From: Candidatus Dormiibacterota bacterium
GTDB lineage: Bacteria > Chloroflexota > Dormibacteria > CF-121
DNA: 64,000 bases
Assembly (NCBI GenBank): GCA_036564925.1
Contig: DATCOB010000062.1
Location: 36-64,035 of the forward strand
Direction of reading: 5' to 3'
Numbering within the stretch: position 1 is the stretch's first letter; each line of letters begins with the position of its first letter. The position numbers and the translations under genes are program-made. The notes beneath the pieces are model-generated. The model had not been told where the DNA came from and did not search any database. It saw nothing but the letters and a program-made list of their open reading frames with translations. Shown piece after piece: positions 8,655-16,710 of the stretch.

Positions 8655-9238
8655 AGAAGATCGCGCTCTTGATATGTGGGGCACTAGGAAAAGAGGTGAA
8701 GGCAATCGTGGATACTCACGGCTGGGACGTCGACGTCTACGGCGTGCCCGCGATGCACCATTTCTATCCGAAGAAGATCGTCGAGGCGGTTGACGCCAAA
8801 CTGGCCGTGATCGCCAACCGCTATCGCAAGGTTGTGGTGGTCTACGGGGATTGCGGGACGGCGGGCGCGCTGGAGCCGGTGCTGGACCGCTATGGTGCGG
8901 TCCGGCTGCGGGGCCCGCACTGCTACGAGATGTTCGCGGGCGAGGAGTTCGACGGCATCGTCGACGAGCGACCCGCAACCTTTTTTCTGACCGACTGGCT
9001 GGTTTCCAACTTCGAGCGGGCGGTGGTCCGCGGGCTGGGGATCGACCGGTATCCGGAGCTGAAGCCCGTCTACTTCCATAACTACACGGACCTGCTCTAT
9101 CTCGCGCAGTTCCCGGATGAGCGCCTGCTCGAAAAGGCGGGCGAGATCGGACAGTACCTGGGCCTTACCCTCGAGGTTCGTCACGTCGGGCTGGGCGAGC
9201 TGGAGACGCGCTTGCGGGCCGTGGTCGAGGCCGCATGA
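8651..9238 (+). CDS. conserved protein of unknown function (DUF1638-like)
   Basis: 195 aa. ATGA-coupled to RACo upstream. Its sequence pattern (KIALLICGALGKE..., VVYGDCGTAG) resembles the DUF1638 family, which is recurrently encoded beside corrinoid methyltransferase genes. Assigned from memory only. Confidence 0.55.
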   Translation: MKKIALLICGALGKEVKAIVDTHGWDVDVYGVPAMHHFYPKKIVEAVDAKLAVIANRYRKVVVVYGDCGTAGALEPVLDRYGAVRLRGPHCYEMFAGEEFDGIVDERPATFFLTDWLVSNFERAVVRGLGIDRYPELKPVYFHNYTDLLYLAQFPDERLLEKAGEIGQYLGLTLEVRHVGLGELETRLRAVVEAA

Positions 9239-9513
9239 TGGCGCGATACCAGGTGATGTACTGGAAACACATTCCCGCACACGTGAAAGCCTGGGATGAG
9301 AAGGGCGAGGCGAAACGGCTGCTGCCCGACCGCTTTCAGGCCGCAATCGATGCCTATTCAATGAAGGAGGGATCGACGGAAATGGATGCCTATCTCGAGG
9401 CCTGGCACTGGGGGCCCGAGTCGGAACGGCCCGGCTCAGCAGAGGACGTCGTCGAGGTCATGGTGGCGGAGCTCGACGCGGCGAATCCGCGCTCCAAGCT
9501 GATGAGCCCGTGA
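9235..9513 (+). CDS. small conserved hypothetical protein (92 aa)
   Basis: MMARYQVMYWKHIPAHVKAWDE... . ATGA overlap with the upstream gene and GTGA overlap with fhs. It may belong to the small family named 'virulence factor' (PF13769-like), whose function is unknown. Confidence 0.5.
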   Translation: MMARYQVMYWKHIPAHVKAWDEKGEAKRLLPDRFQAAIDAYSMKEGSTEMDAYLEAWHWGPESERPGSAEDVVEVMVAELDAANPRSKLMSP

Positions 9514-11186
9514 GCCAGGTCGCCGGCGCGCTCGACCCGACGGCGCCGAACGGGCTTCATCCGATCATGGACGTGGGCAGGGATTTCGGTCTGGAAGAGT
9601 CCGAGATCATCTCGTATGGGCCCTACAAGGCGAAGATCAGCCTCGACGCGCTGAAGCGTCTTACGGCCCGGCCGGATGGCCAGCTCGTCGTGGTCACGGC
9701 GATCACACCAACGCGAGCAGGAGAGGGAAAGACCACCAGCGCCATCAGCCTGGTGCAGGGGCTGGGCAAGATTGGCGCCAACGTGGCGCTCTGCCTGCGG
9801 CAGCCCTCCACCGGTCCTCTCTTTGGCATCAAGGGCGGCGGCACCGGCGGCGGCATGGCCCAGGTGGTCCCCATGGAGGAGATCAACCTGCACTTCAACG
9901 GCGATATCCACGCGGTCGAGGCGGCGCACAACCTGCTGGCCGCCGTGATCGACGCCGCCATCTTCCACGACCAGCTCCAGGCCGGACCGAGCTTCATCAC
10001 CTGGCCGAGAACGCTTGACGTCAACGATCGCGCCTTGCGCCACATCGTGAGCGGGCTGGGTGGCGTGGAGCACGGGGTGCCACGCGAGTCGAGCTTCATC
10101 ATCGCCGCGGCCTCGGAATTGATGGCGATCCTGGCGCTGGCGAAGGACCTTCCCGACCTGCGGGCCCGGATTGGCCGCATCATCGTCACCCAGCGCAAGG
10201 ACGGCAGCTTCGTCACGGCCGAAGACCTGCGCGTCGCCGGCGCCATGACGGTCCTGATGAAAGAGGCGTTGCTGCCGAATCTCGTGCAAACGATGGAGGG
10301 CCAGCCGGCCATCGTGCACGCCGGGCCCTTCGGCAACATCGCGCACGGCAACAACTCATTGTTGGCCGATCAGATCGCCCTCAAGCTCGCCGACATCGTG
10401 GTGACGGAGGCGGGATTCGGCGCTGACCTCGGCCTGGAGAAGTTCGCCCATATCGTGGCCCGATACGGCAACCTGCGGCCTGCGGCGGCGCTGGTGGTCG
10501 CGACCGTTCGTGCGCTCAAGTCCCATGGCGGTGTCCCGCTGGCGAAGCTGGGCACGGAGGACGTCGAGGCACTGCAGCGGGGGATGGAAAACCTGGCGGC
10601 GCACGTCGACATCGTCAAGGCCTTCGGCATGCGATGCGTCGTCGGGATCAATCGATTCCCTACCGACACCGACCGGGAGCTCGATCTGGTGAAGGAGACG
10701 GCGGTAACGTTCGGCGCCGACGCCGCGGTGGTGAACGACGGGTTCCAGCGAGGGGGCGAAGGCAGCGTCGAGCTCGCCGGTGCGATCGAGCGCGCGGTGA
10801 AGAGCGGGAGCAATTTCGCGCCCCTCTATCGACCCGGGACGCCGATCCGGGAGCAGATCGAGACGGTGGCGCGCCGCGTCTACGGCGCGGACGGCGTCGA
10901 GTTCTTGCCCGACTGCCAGAAGCGGATCGACTGGCTCACCGAGCGGGGGATGGGGAGCCTGCCGGTCTGCATGTCGAAGACCCACCTGTCCCTGTCGCAC
11001 GACCCGGCGCTCAAAGGGCGACCGCGCGGCTTCACCCTCCCGGTCCGGAACGTGTACCCATCAGCGGGGGCGGGGTTCATCGTGGCGCTGGCGGGCGACA
11101 TCCAGCTGATGCCCGGCCTGGGTAAGGAGCCGGCCTACACCCGCATTGACATCGATTCGACTGGAGCGATTACGGGCTTGACCTGA
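9510..11186 (+). CDS. fhs: formate--tetrahydrofolate ligase (formyl-THF synthetase)
   Basis: Full-length 558 aa with the TPTRAGEGKTTT nucleotide-binding motif and the conserved FTHFS core (PAIVHAGPFGNIAHGNNS). Confidence 0.9.
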   Translation: MSQVAGALDPTAPNGLHPIMDVGRDFGLEESEIISYGPYKAKISLDALKRLTARPDGQLVVVTAITPTRAGEGKTTSAISLVQGLGKIGANVALCLRQPSTGPLFGIKGGGTGGGMAQVVPMEEINLHFNGDIHAVEAAHNLLAAVIDAAIFHDQLQAGPSFITWPRTLDVNDRALRHIVSGLGGVEHGVPRESSFIIAAASELMAILALAKDLPDLRARIGRIIVTQRKDGSFVTAEDLRVAGAMTVLMKEALLPNLVQTMEGQPAIVHAGPFGNIAHGNNSLLADQIALKLADIVVTEAGFGADLGLEKFAHIVARYGNLRPAAALVVATVRALKSHGGVPLAKLGTEDVEALQRGMENLAAHVDIVKAFGMRCVVGINRFPTDTDRELDLVKETAVTFGADAAVVNDGFQRGGEGSVELAGAIERAVKSGSNFAPLYRPGTPIREQIETVARRVYGADGVEFLPDCQKRIDWLTERGMGSLPVCMSKTHLSLSHDPALKGRPRGFTLPVRNVYPSAGAGFIVALAGDIQLMPGLGKEPAYTRIDIDSTGAITGLT

Positions 11187-11194
11187 CGAGTGGG

Positions 11195-11659
11195 TCAGCC
11201 GGCGGACGTCTCCGCTTTCACCGCCTGTTCGAGGCACCTGGCAAACCGGTCGGCCATCCGCGACGACACCTGCTGCATGATCGCCGAGCGTCCGAACTGG
11301 GCGACCAGGCCGGTGACCAAAATGTCGGATTCCATGGCGACAACGGTTTGCCCGTGCTCGGTGTGCAAGCGGCCGGTCATCGTGGCGGAGGCGCCGCCGC
11401 GCCCGCGCGACTCCGACCCCTCGGCCTTGAGTCGCACCCGATGCGCCTGCTCGTCGACCTCTTCCAGAACGACGCGTCCCCGGTACGCGACATCGATCGG
11501 GCCGAGCTTGATCCCGATCTTCCCCTCGTAGGTGCGCTCATCGATCACCTGCGTGAGTTGGGCGCCAGGCACACAATCAACTACCTTCGGCACATTCAGG
11601 AGATGTCGCCAGACCGCATCCAGCGGGGCGTCAACGGCGAAACGGTTTTTGACGATCAC
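11195..11659 (-). CDS. coxG: CoxG/SRPBCC-family carbon monoxide dehydrogenase subunit G-like protein
   Basis: 154-aa SRPBCC-fold sequence (MIVKNRFAVDAPLDAVWRHLLNVPKV). It is the last gene of the cox-like cluster and is convergent with fhs. Confidence 0.7.
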   Translation of the reverse strand: MIVKNRFAVDAPLDAVWRHLLNVPKVVDCVPGAQLTQVIDERTYEGKIGIKLGPIDVAYRGRVVLEEVDEQAHRVRLKAEGSESRGRGGASATMTGRLHTEHGQTVVAMESDILVTGLVAQFGRSAIMQQVSSRMADRFARCLEQAVKAETSAG

Positions 11660-12690
11660 TGGCTGAGCGTATCGAAAGAGCCGTAGTGAGGAAATCGGAA
11701 GCTCATGTCGCGTGAGAGCAGCCCGCCATGCCCCAATCCGTTGAAGTCCGCGGCCCGCACCTGGACCCCGGTGAAGAGCCGAGGAAGGATCAGGTCGAGC
11801 ACGGTCGCCCGGGAAAACATTCCGCAGGCCGCGACCCCGAAGACCGGACGGTCGCCCAGGTAGGCAAGCCAGACCGCGCTGCCGGGGTGGGCGGGCGCCC
11901 CCTGCTTCTCCATGCGAGCACCCAACCGCCCCAGGGCCACAAGGGTCGGGTCCAGCGGGTCGGTGGCATTGGCCCCGGCGGTCAAGATGAGATCGGCGGT
12001 ACTTGCCAACTCGCGGAGGCCGGCTGCGACGGCGTCTGCCGAATCGGCTGCGTAGTGGATGCCGATCAAGTGCGAGCCGAACCAGGCCACCTTCAATTCG
12101 ATCGACGCCTGGAATTTCTCCCGGGCTGGGAGGTCCAGGCGTTCACGTACCAGGACGCCGACCCGCATCGGACGGAAGGCGAGTACCCGCAGCACCGCGC
12201 CGGCGGCCGCCACCCGTTCCGCTTCGGCGAGCCGCTCTTCGGCGACCACGAAGGGGGTGACCTTCACCCCGGCGACGGTCTTTCCTTTGGAGACCAACTG
12301 GCCGTCGAAGAGCGTGAACACGGAAATATCGGGGATGCTGTTGAGGGCGAGTAGACGTGAGACGTCGACCTCGAAGATGCCGTTCAGGGCCGCGACCAGT
12401 CGCATCTGGCTCTCAACCGGTCCATGCAAATCGATGCCGGGTCCGGCAACCACCCGAGCCAGCCGTCGCGCCGCCACGTCCTCATGGAGATCGCCGGGCT
12501 CGAGTCGAAGGATATGCAGCTCCTGAACCTTCGCCGCCGCCACGAGCGGCCAATCCTTTTCGTCCAACACCCGACCTTTCGGGATCAGAATCCGATGGTG
12601 ATCGTCCGGACTCAGCAGGGTTTCGGCCAGCACGGTCCCGTTGATGCAAGCCGCGCTGAGCCGGGTGCCGATCAGCGCCTCAGGCTTCAC
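11656..12690 (-). CDS. molybdopterin-binding (MoCF-biosynthesis/MoeA-CinA-like domain) protein
   Basis: 344 aa. C-terminal LILTAGANATDPLDPT...AVWLAYLGDRPVFGVAACGMF resembles a MoCF_biosynth domain. ATGA overlap with xdhC. Confidence 0.55.
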   Translation of the reverse strand: MKPEALIGTRLSAACINGTVLAETLLSPDDHHRILIPKGRVLDEKDWPLVAAAKVQELHILRLEPGDLHEDVAARRLARVVAGPGIDLHGPVESQMRLVAALNGIFEVDVSRLLALNSIPDISVFTLFDGQLVSKGKTVAGVKVTPFVVAEERLAEAERVAAAGAVLRVLAFRPMRVGVLVRERLDLPAREKFQASIELKVAWFGSHLIGIHYAADSADAVAAGLRELASTADLILTAGANATDPLDPTLVALGRLGARMEKQGAPAHPGSAVWLAYLGDRPVFGVAACGMFSRATVLDLILPRLFTGVQVRAADFNGLGHGGLLSRDMSFRFPHYGSFDTLSQ

Positions 12691-13676
12691 GCGGCCGGCC
12701 GTGCCCCCGACATCGCCCCTCCGTGTCGGCTGTGGCGCACCGCCACGATCTCCGCGAGGATGGCCAGCGCCGTCTCGTCCGCCGTCTGGCCACCGAGGTC
12801 CAGACCGATGGGCGCGTGCACCCGATCCAGGTCAGCAGCCAACACGCCGGCGGCCAGCAACCGCTCGACGCGCTCTCGATGCGTCTTGCGGCTGCCGATG
12901 GCGCCGATATAACGGGCGTTTCCTTTGAGCGCCGCCCGGATCGTCGGATCGTCGAACTTCGGATCGTGGGTGAGGACAACGATGTACGAGGACCGGTCGA
13001 TCGGCATCTGGTCGAGCACCTCGTCCGGCCAGGCGTGAATCACCCGTTGCGCGGCGGGGAAACGGTCCCGGCCGGCGAACTTCGACCGAGCATCGACAAC
13101 CGTCACGCGGAATCCCAGGTCGCGGGCAAACCGGCTCAGAGGGATGGCCACGTGGGCACCCCCGAAGATCAGTAGCTCTGCCGGTCGCGGGAAGGGTTCG
13201 AAAAACCAGCTGTCGCGGCGTTCCGGCGTCTCTTTATCGAGCAGCGGGGATGCCTCCGCCTCGGTCGCCTCGATCAGCCGTTGGGCACCCGCGGCCGCGG
13301 TGAGAGCGCTGACCAGGACCACGGGTCGCTCTGCGACGAGCGCGTCCATCAGCGATCGATGGACGTCAGTCAGGAGCTCGATAAGGATGTCGACCTCGCC
13401 GCCACAGCTCAGCCCGACCTGCCACGCGAGGTCATCACTAACCCCGTAGTGATGAAGCTGTGCCTGGCTTCCTTTGAGCACCGCCTGGGCGTGCTCGAAC
13501 ACGTCGCCCTCCAGGCAGCCGCCGCTGACTGAGCCCGCAAGGCGGCCCGTCCGGCTGACCGCCATTCGCGATCCGGCTGGTCGGGGCGCGCTGCCCCAGG
13601 TGCTGACCACGGTTGCCAGCGCTACCGTCTCGCCTTCGTCCAGCCACCCCTTGACGTCTGCGAGCACATCCCGCAC
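12687..13676 (-). CDS. xdhC: XdhC/CoxI-family molybdenum-cofactor insertion chaperone
   Basis: XdhC N-terminal domain (ALATVVSTWGSAPRPAGSRMAV) followed by a Rossmann XdhC_C domain (LLIFGGAHVAIPL). GTG start is inferred at 13676, because the track ORF to 13853 has a non-protein-like N-terminus. Confidence 0.7.
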   Translation of the reverse strand: MRDVLADVKGWLDEGETVALATVVSTWGSAPRPAGSRMAVSRTGRLAGSVSGGCLEGDVFEHAQAVLKGSQAQLHHYGVSDDLAWQVGLSCGGEVDILIELLTDVHRSLMDALVAERPVVLVSALTAAAGAQRLIEATEAEASPLLDKETPERRDSWFFEPFPRPAELLIFGGAHVAIPLSRFARDLGFRVTVVDARSKFAGRDRFPAAQRVIHAWPDEVLDQMPIDRSSYIVVLTHDPKFDDPTIRAALKGNARYIGAIGSRKTHRERVERLLAAGVLAADLDRVHAPIGLDLGGQTADETALAILAEIVAVRHSRHGGAMSGARPAA

Positions 13677-13707
13677 GCCTTGAGTGTAGTGCGGCGGCAA
13701 GCTATTT

Positions 13708-14877
13708 TCAGGCAGTGGCGACGGTCGCGGCCTGGCGGCGGACCGGTCGGTGCTCGTTGACCCCGACCAGGAGGCGTGAGAGCGCCTCCAGGCTGGCAAG
13801 GTTGTGGGCTGGAAGGAAGTCGTCCACATACGGGAGGGCCGCCTGCAGGCCAAGGGTTAACGGTTCGTAATCCGGCGTCCCGAGCAAGGGGCTCATCCAG
13901 ATGAGGCGATGACACGCCCGCTGGAGCCGGGCCACCGCCAGGCGCAGTTCCGCAGGGTCGCCACGGTCCCACCCATCGCTGATGATCAGCACGGTTGCGC
14001 CGTGGCCCAGCACCCGGCGCGCGAACCGACGGTTGAAGGTCTCGATCGCCTCGCCGATCCTGGTACCACCCGACCAGTCGTCGACGCTATTCAGGACCCG
14101 ATCGAGGGCGACATCCGGGTCCTGGCCCTGGAGCTGCCGGGTGATGCGCGTCAATCGGGTCGCGAAAACGAAGGCCTCGACTCGTTTGGCCCCGTGCTCG
14201 GCCGCATAGGCAAAGTTGAGCACGACGCGCGTGTAGCGCTCCATGGAGCCGCTGATGTCACAGAGCAGAACCAGTGGCCGCGGTTTGATCCGGGGCGAGC
14301 GCCAGGACAGCAGCATGGGCTCCCCGTCGAAGCGCAGGCTGGTCCGCAGCAGGCGCCGGAGATCGACGCGGGCCGAGCCGCCGCGTTGGTACCGCCGCGA
14401 GCGACGCCGGGCGGCCGGGATGCGCATGGCAGCGATCAGTTGCCGAACCTCGCGCACCTCCTCCTCGGTAAGCGCGGCGAAGTCTTTGTGACGCAGGACT
14501 TCCGCGCGGGAGTAGGTGGCAACCTCGAGCGGATCGACGTCGCCGGCGTCCTCGGCTTCGTCCAGCACCCGGAGTTGAGTGGCGTACGCGTTCCGATCCG
14601 CCCGGCGGGCGTCGCTGGCAGCGCCGGGCGCTGGCCTCGGCGTGTGGGATGTCAGGAAGAGGAGGAGCGCCCGGTCGAGGATGGGCCGGTCGTCCCGCCG
14701 CCGGGCGAAGTGCGCATGGACCGCCGAGCGCAGGTCGTCGCTGCGGCTGATGTCGATCACGGTCAGGGCGGTTAGAAATGGAAGCATGCGGGCCGGCCCA
14801 GCATCGAAGCCGAGCCCGCGGAGGATGCCGCCGAATCGGAGCCAGTTCCGGGTTAGAACGGTGTCGACGTCAGGCAC
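13708..14877 (-). CDS. coxE: VWA-domain protein CoxE-like
   Basis: C-terminal VWA domain (LVLLCDISGSM...IISDGWD, MIDAS-like). Start is inferred at GTG 14877, giving the CoxE-like N-terminus VDTVLTRNWLRFGGILRG. Overlaps the coxD stop. Confidence 0.7.
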   Translation of the reverse strand: MPDVDTVLTRNWLRFGGILRGLGFDAGPARMLPFLTALTVIDISRSDDLRSAVHAHFARRRDDRPILDRALLLFLTSHTPRPAPGAASDARRADRNAYATQLRVLDEAEDAGDVDPLEVATYSRAEVLRHKDFAALTEEEVREVRQLIAAMRIPAARRRSRRYQRGGSARVDLRRLLRTSLRFDGEPMLLSWRSPRIKPRPLVLLCDISGSMERYTRVVLNFAYAAEHGAKRVEAFVFATRLTRITRQLQGQDPDVALDRVLNSVDDWSGGTRIGEAIETFNRRFARRVLGHGATVLIISDGWDRGDPAELRLAVARLQRACHRLIWMSPLLGTPDYEPLTLGLQAALPYVDDFLPAHNLASLEALSRLLVGVNEHRPVRRQAATVATA

Positions 14878-15769
14878 GCGCGGTCGCGGCCAGCAGTTGC
14901 CGCGCGCGATCGCCACGGAGCCTCTCGAGATCCTCCTGGTATTTGACGATCGAGCCCAGCGTGACGTCGATCGACGCATCGGTCAGCTCGGTCTCGCCGA
15001 GGGCCATCAACGCGCGCGTCCAATCAAGCGTTTCGGCAATCCCGGGCAGCTTGTACAGGTCGACGCGGCGCACAGCGCCGATGAACCGGGTGACCTGCTC
15101 GGCCAGCGTCCGGGGAACGTCGGGGATGCGGGCCATGACGATGGCGTGCTCGGTTTCGATGCTGGGATAATCGATCCAAAAGTAAAGGCAGCGTCGTTTG
15201 AGGGCGTCGTGGATCTCACGTGTGCGGTTCGAGGTGATAACGACCACAGGCGGCCGCGTCGCCTTGATCGTGCCGATCTCCGGGATCGAGATCTGGTAAT
15301 CGGAGAGCATCTCGAGCAAGAAGGCTTCGAACTCGTCGTCTGACCGATCGATCTCATCGATCAGTAGCAATGGCGCTTGCACGCCGTTGCTTTCGAGAGC
15401 CTGGAGCAGGGGCCGCTTGACCAGGAACCGCGGGCTGAAAATCTCTCGCTCCATTGACTCCCGGTCTTCCCCAGCCGTCTCCAGCATCCGGATATGCAGG
15501 AGCTGCCGTGCATACGCCCACTCGTAGACGGCGTTGTTGACGTCGATCCCCTCGTAGCACTGCAGCCGGATCAGGGGCGCGCCGAGCACTTCCGCGAGGA
15601 CCTTGCCGACCTCGGTCTTCCCTACGCCGGCTTCGCCTTCGAGCAGTATTGGTTTGTCAAGTTTCAGCCCGAGATAAATCGTTGTGGCCAGGTTCCGGCC
15701 AGCGACGTAATGATGCTGGCGGAGGGCCGCCTCCAAGGCATCGATCGACTCGAAGGGCATCTCGTCCAT
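14870..15769 (-). CDS. coxD: MoxR-type AAA+ ATPase CoxD-like
   Basis: Walker A GEAGVGKT and Walker B LLLIDEIDR. Length (299 aa) and architecture are typical of MoxR/CoxD. Confidence 0.85.
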   Translation of the reverse strand: MDEMPFESIDALEAALRQHHYVAGRNLATTIYLGLKLDKPILLEGEAGVGKTEVGKVLAEVLGAPLIRLQCYEGIDVNNAVYEWAYARQLLHIRMLETAGEDRESMEREIFSPRFLVKRPLLQALESNGVQAPLLLIDEIDRSDDEFEAFLLEMLSDYQISIPEIGTIKATRPPVVVITSNRTREIHDALKRRCLYFWIDYPSIETEHAIVMARIPDVPRTLAEQVTRFIGAVRRVDLYKLPGIAETLDWTRALMALGETELTDASIDVTLGSIVKYQEDLERLRGDRARQLLAATARA

Positions 15770-15852
15770 CGCCTCATTCTAGGGTCGCTTGCGGCGTAGA
15801 GACGGGCCGGGGCATCGGCTCCCGGCCCGTGTTATCGGCTGGTTCGGCGCGC

Positions 15853-16710
15853 CTAGTGGTGGCCGGTAACCTGCTCCAGCGCCCGCCGGGTGAGGACTGT
15901 CGCCAGGTGGCGCCTGTAGTCCGGCGAGGCATTCAGATCCTGTGGCGGACTGGTGCCGTCCGCCGCCTTTTCTGACGCCGCTCGAATCTCCTCCTCGTGG
16001 CCCGCCTTTCCGAGCAGCGCTTGCTCCACGGCGGTTGCCCGCAGGGGTGTGCTGCCCATCGCGGTCAGGGCCACCGCGACGCGGTCGACATTGTGGCCCT
16101 TGAGATGGAGCTGGACGCCGACGGCGACAATTGCCCAATCCTGCGACCGCCGGCTGAATTTCAGATACGTCCCCACGCTGCCTTCGACTACCGGGACCCG
16201 AACCTCCTGGAGAATCTCATCGGGCTCGAGAGCGGAGGTGAACGTATCGACGAAAAAGTCTTTGGCCGCAATGGTGCGGTTGCCGCGAGGTGACACGGCG
16301 ACGAAAGTTGCGTCGAGCGCCAGCAGGCAGCTGGGATAGTCCCCGTTGGGATCCGCGTGGGCGGCCGCGCCCCCGATCGTCCCCCGGTTGCGAACCTGAG
16401 GATCGCCAATCTGGTGGGCGGCGCTCGCCAGCATGGGCAGCTTTCGCTTCACCACGTCCGAGAACTCGATCTCGTGATGGGTGGTCAGCGGCCCGAACGC
16501 GACGTAACCGTCGACCTCCTTGATGTAGCTGAGATCCCTGATGCGCCCGATGTCCACCAGGAACGACGGGGTGGACAGCCGCAGCCGCATCAACGGGATC
16601 AGGCTGTGACCCCCGGCGAGGACCTTTGCCTCCTCGCCGTGTTTGACGAGCTCCGCCGTCGCCTCGGGCAGGGATCTGGGTGCGACATAGTCGAACGCGG
16701 CTGGAATCAT
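15853..16710 (-). CDS. coxM: xanthine-dehydrogenase-family FAD-binding medium subunit (CoxM-like)
   Basis: FAD-binding PCMH-type domain (FDYVAPRSLPEATAELVKHGEEAKVLAGGHSLIPLMRLR, GTIGGAAAHADP). ATGA overlap with coxL. Confidence 0.85.
   Translation of the reverse strand: MIPAAFDYVAPRSLPEATAELVKHGEEAKVLAGGHSLIPLMRLRLSTPSFLVDIGRIRDLSYIKEVDGYVAFGPLTTHHEIEFSDVVKRKLPMLASAAHQIGDPQVRNRGTIGGAAAHADPNGDYPSCLLALDATFVAVSPRGNRTIAAKDFFVDTFTSALEPDEILQEVRVPVVEGSVGTYLKFSRRSQDWAIVAVGVQLHLKGHNVDRVAVALTAMGSTPLRATAVEQALLGKAGHEEEIRAASEKAADGTSPPQDLNASPDYRRHLATVLTRRALEQVTGHH

Noticed and set aside
13708-15769. MoxR AAA+ ATPase plus VWA protein pair considered as a possible stand-alone defence or chaperone module.
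   Set aside because: The pair is embedded between coxM and xdhC in a canonical cox accessory arrangement (coxD/coxE).
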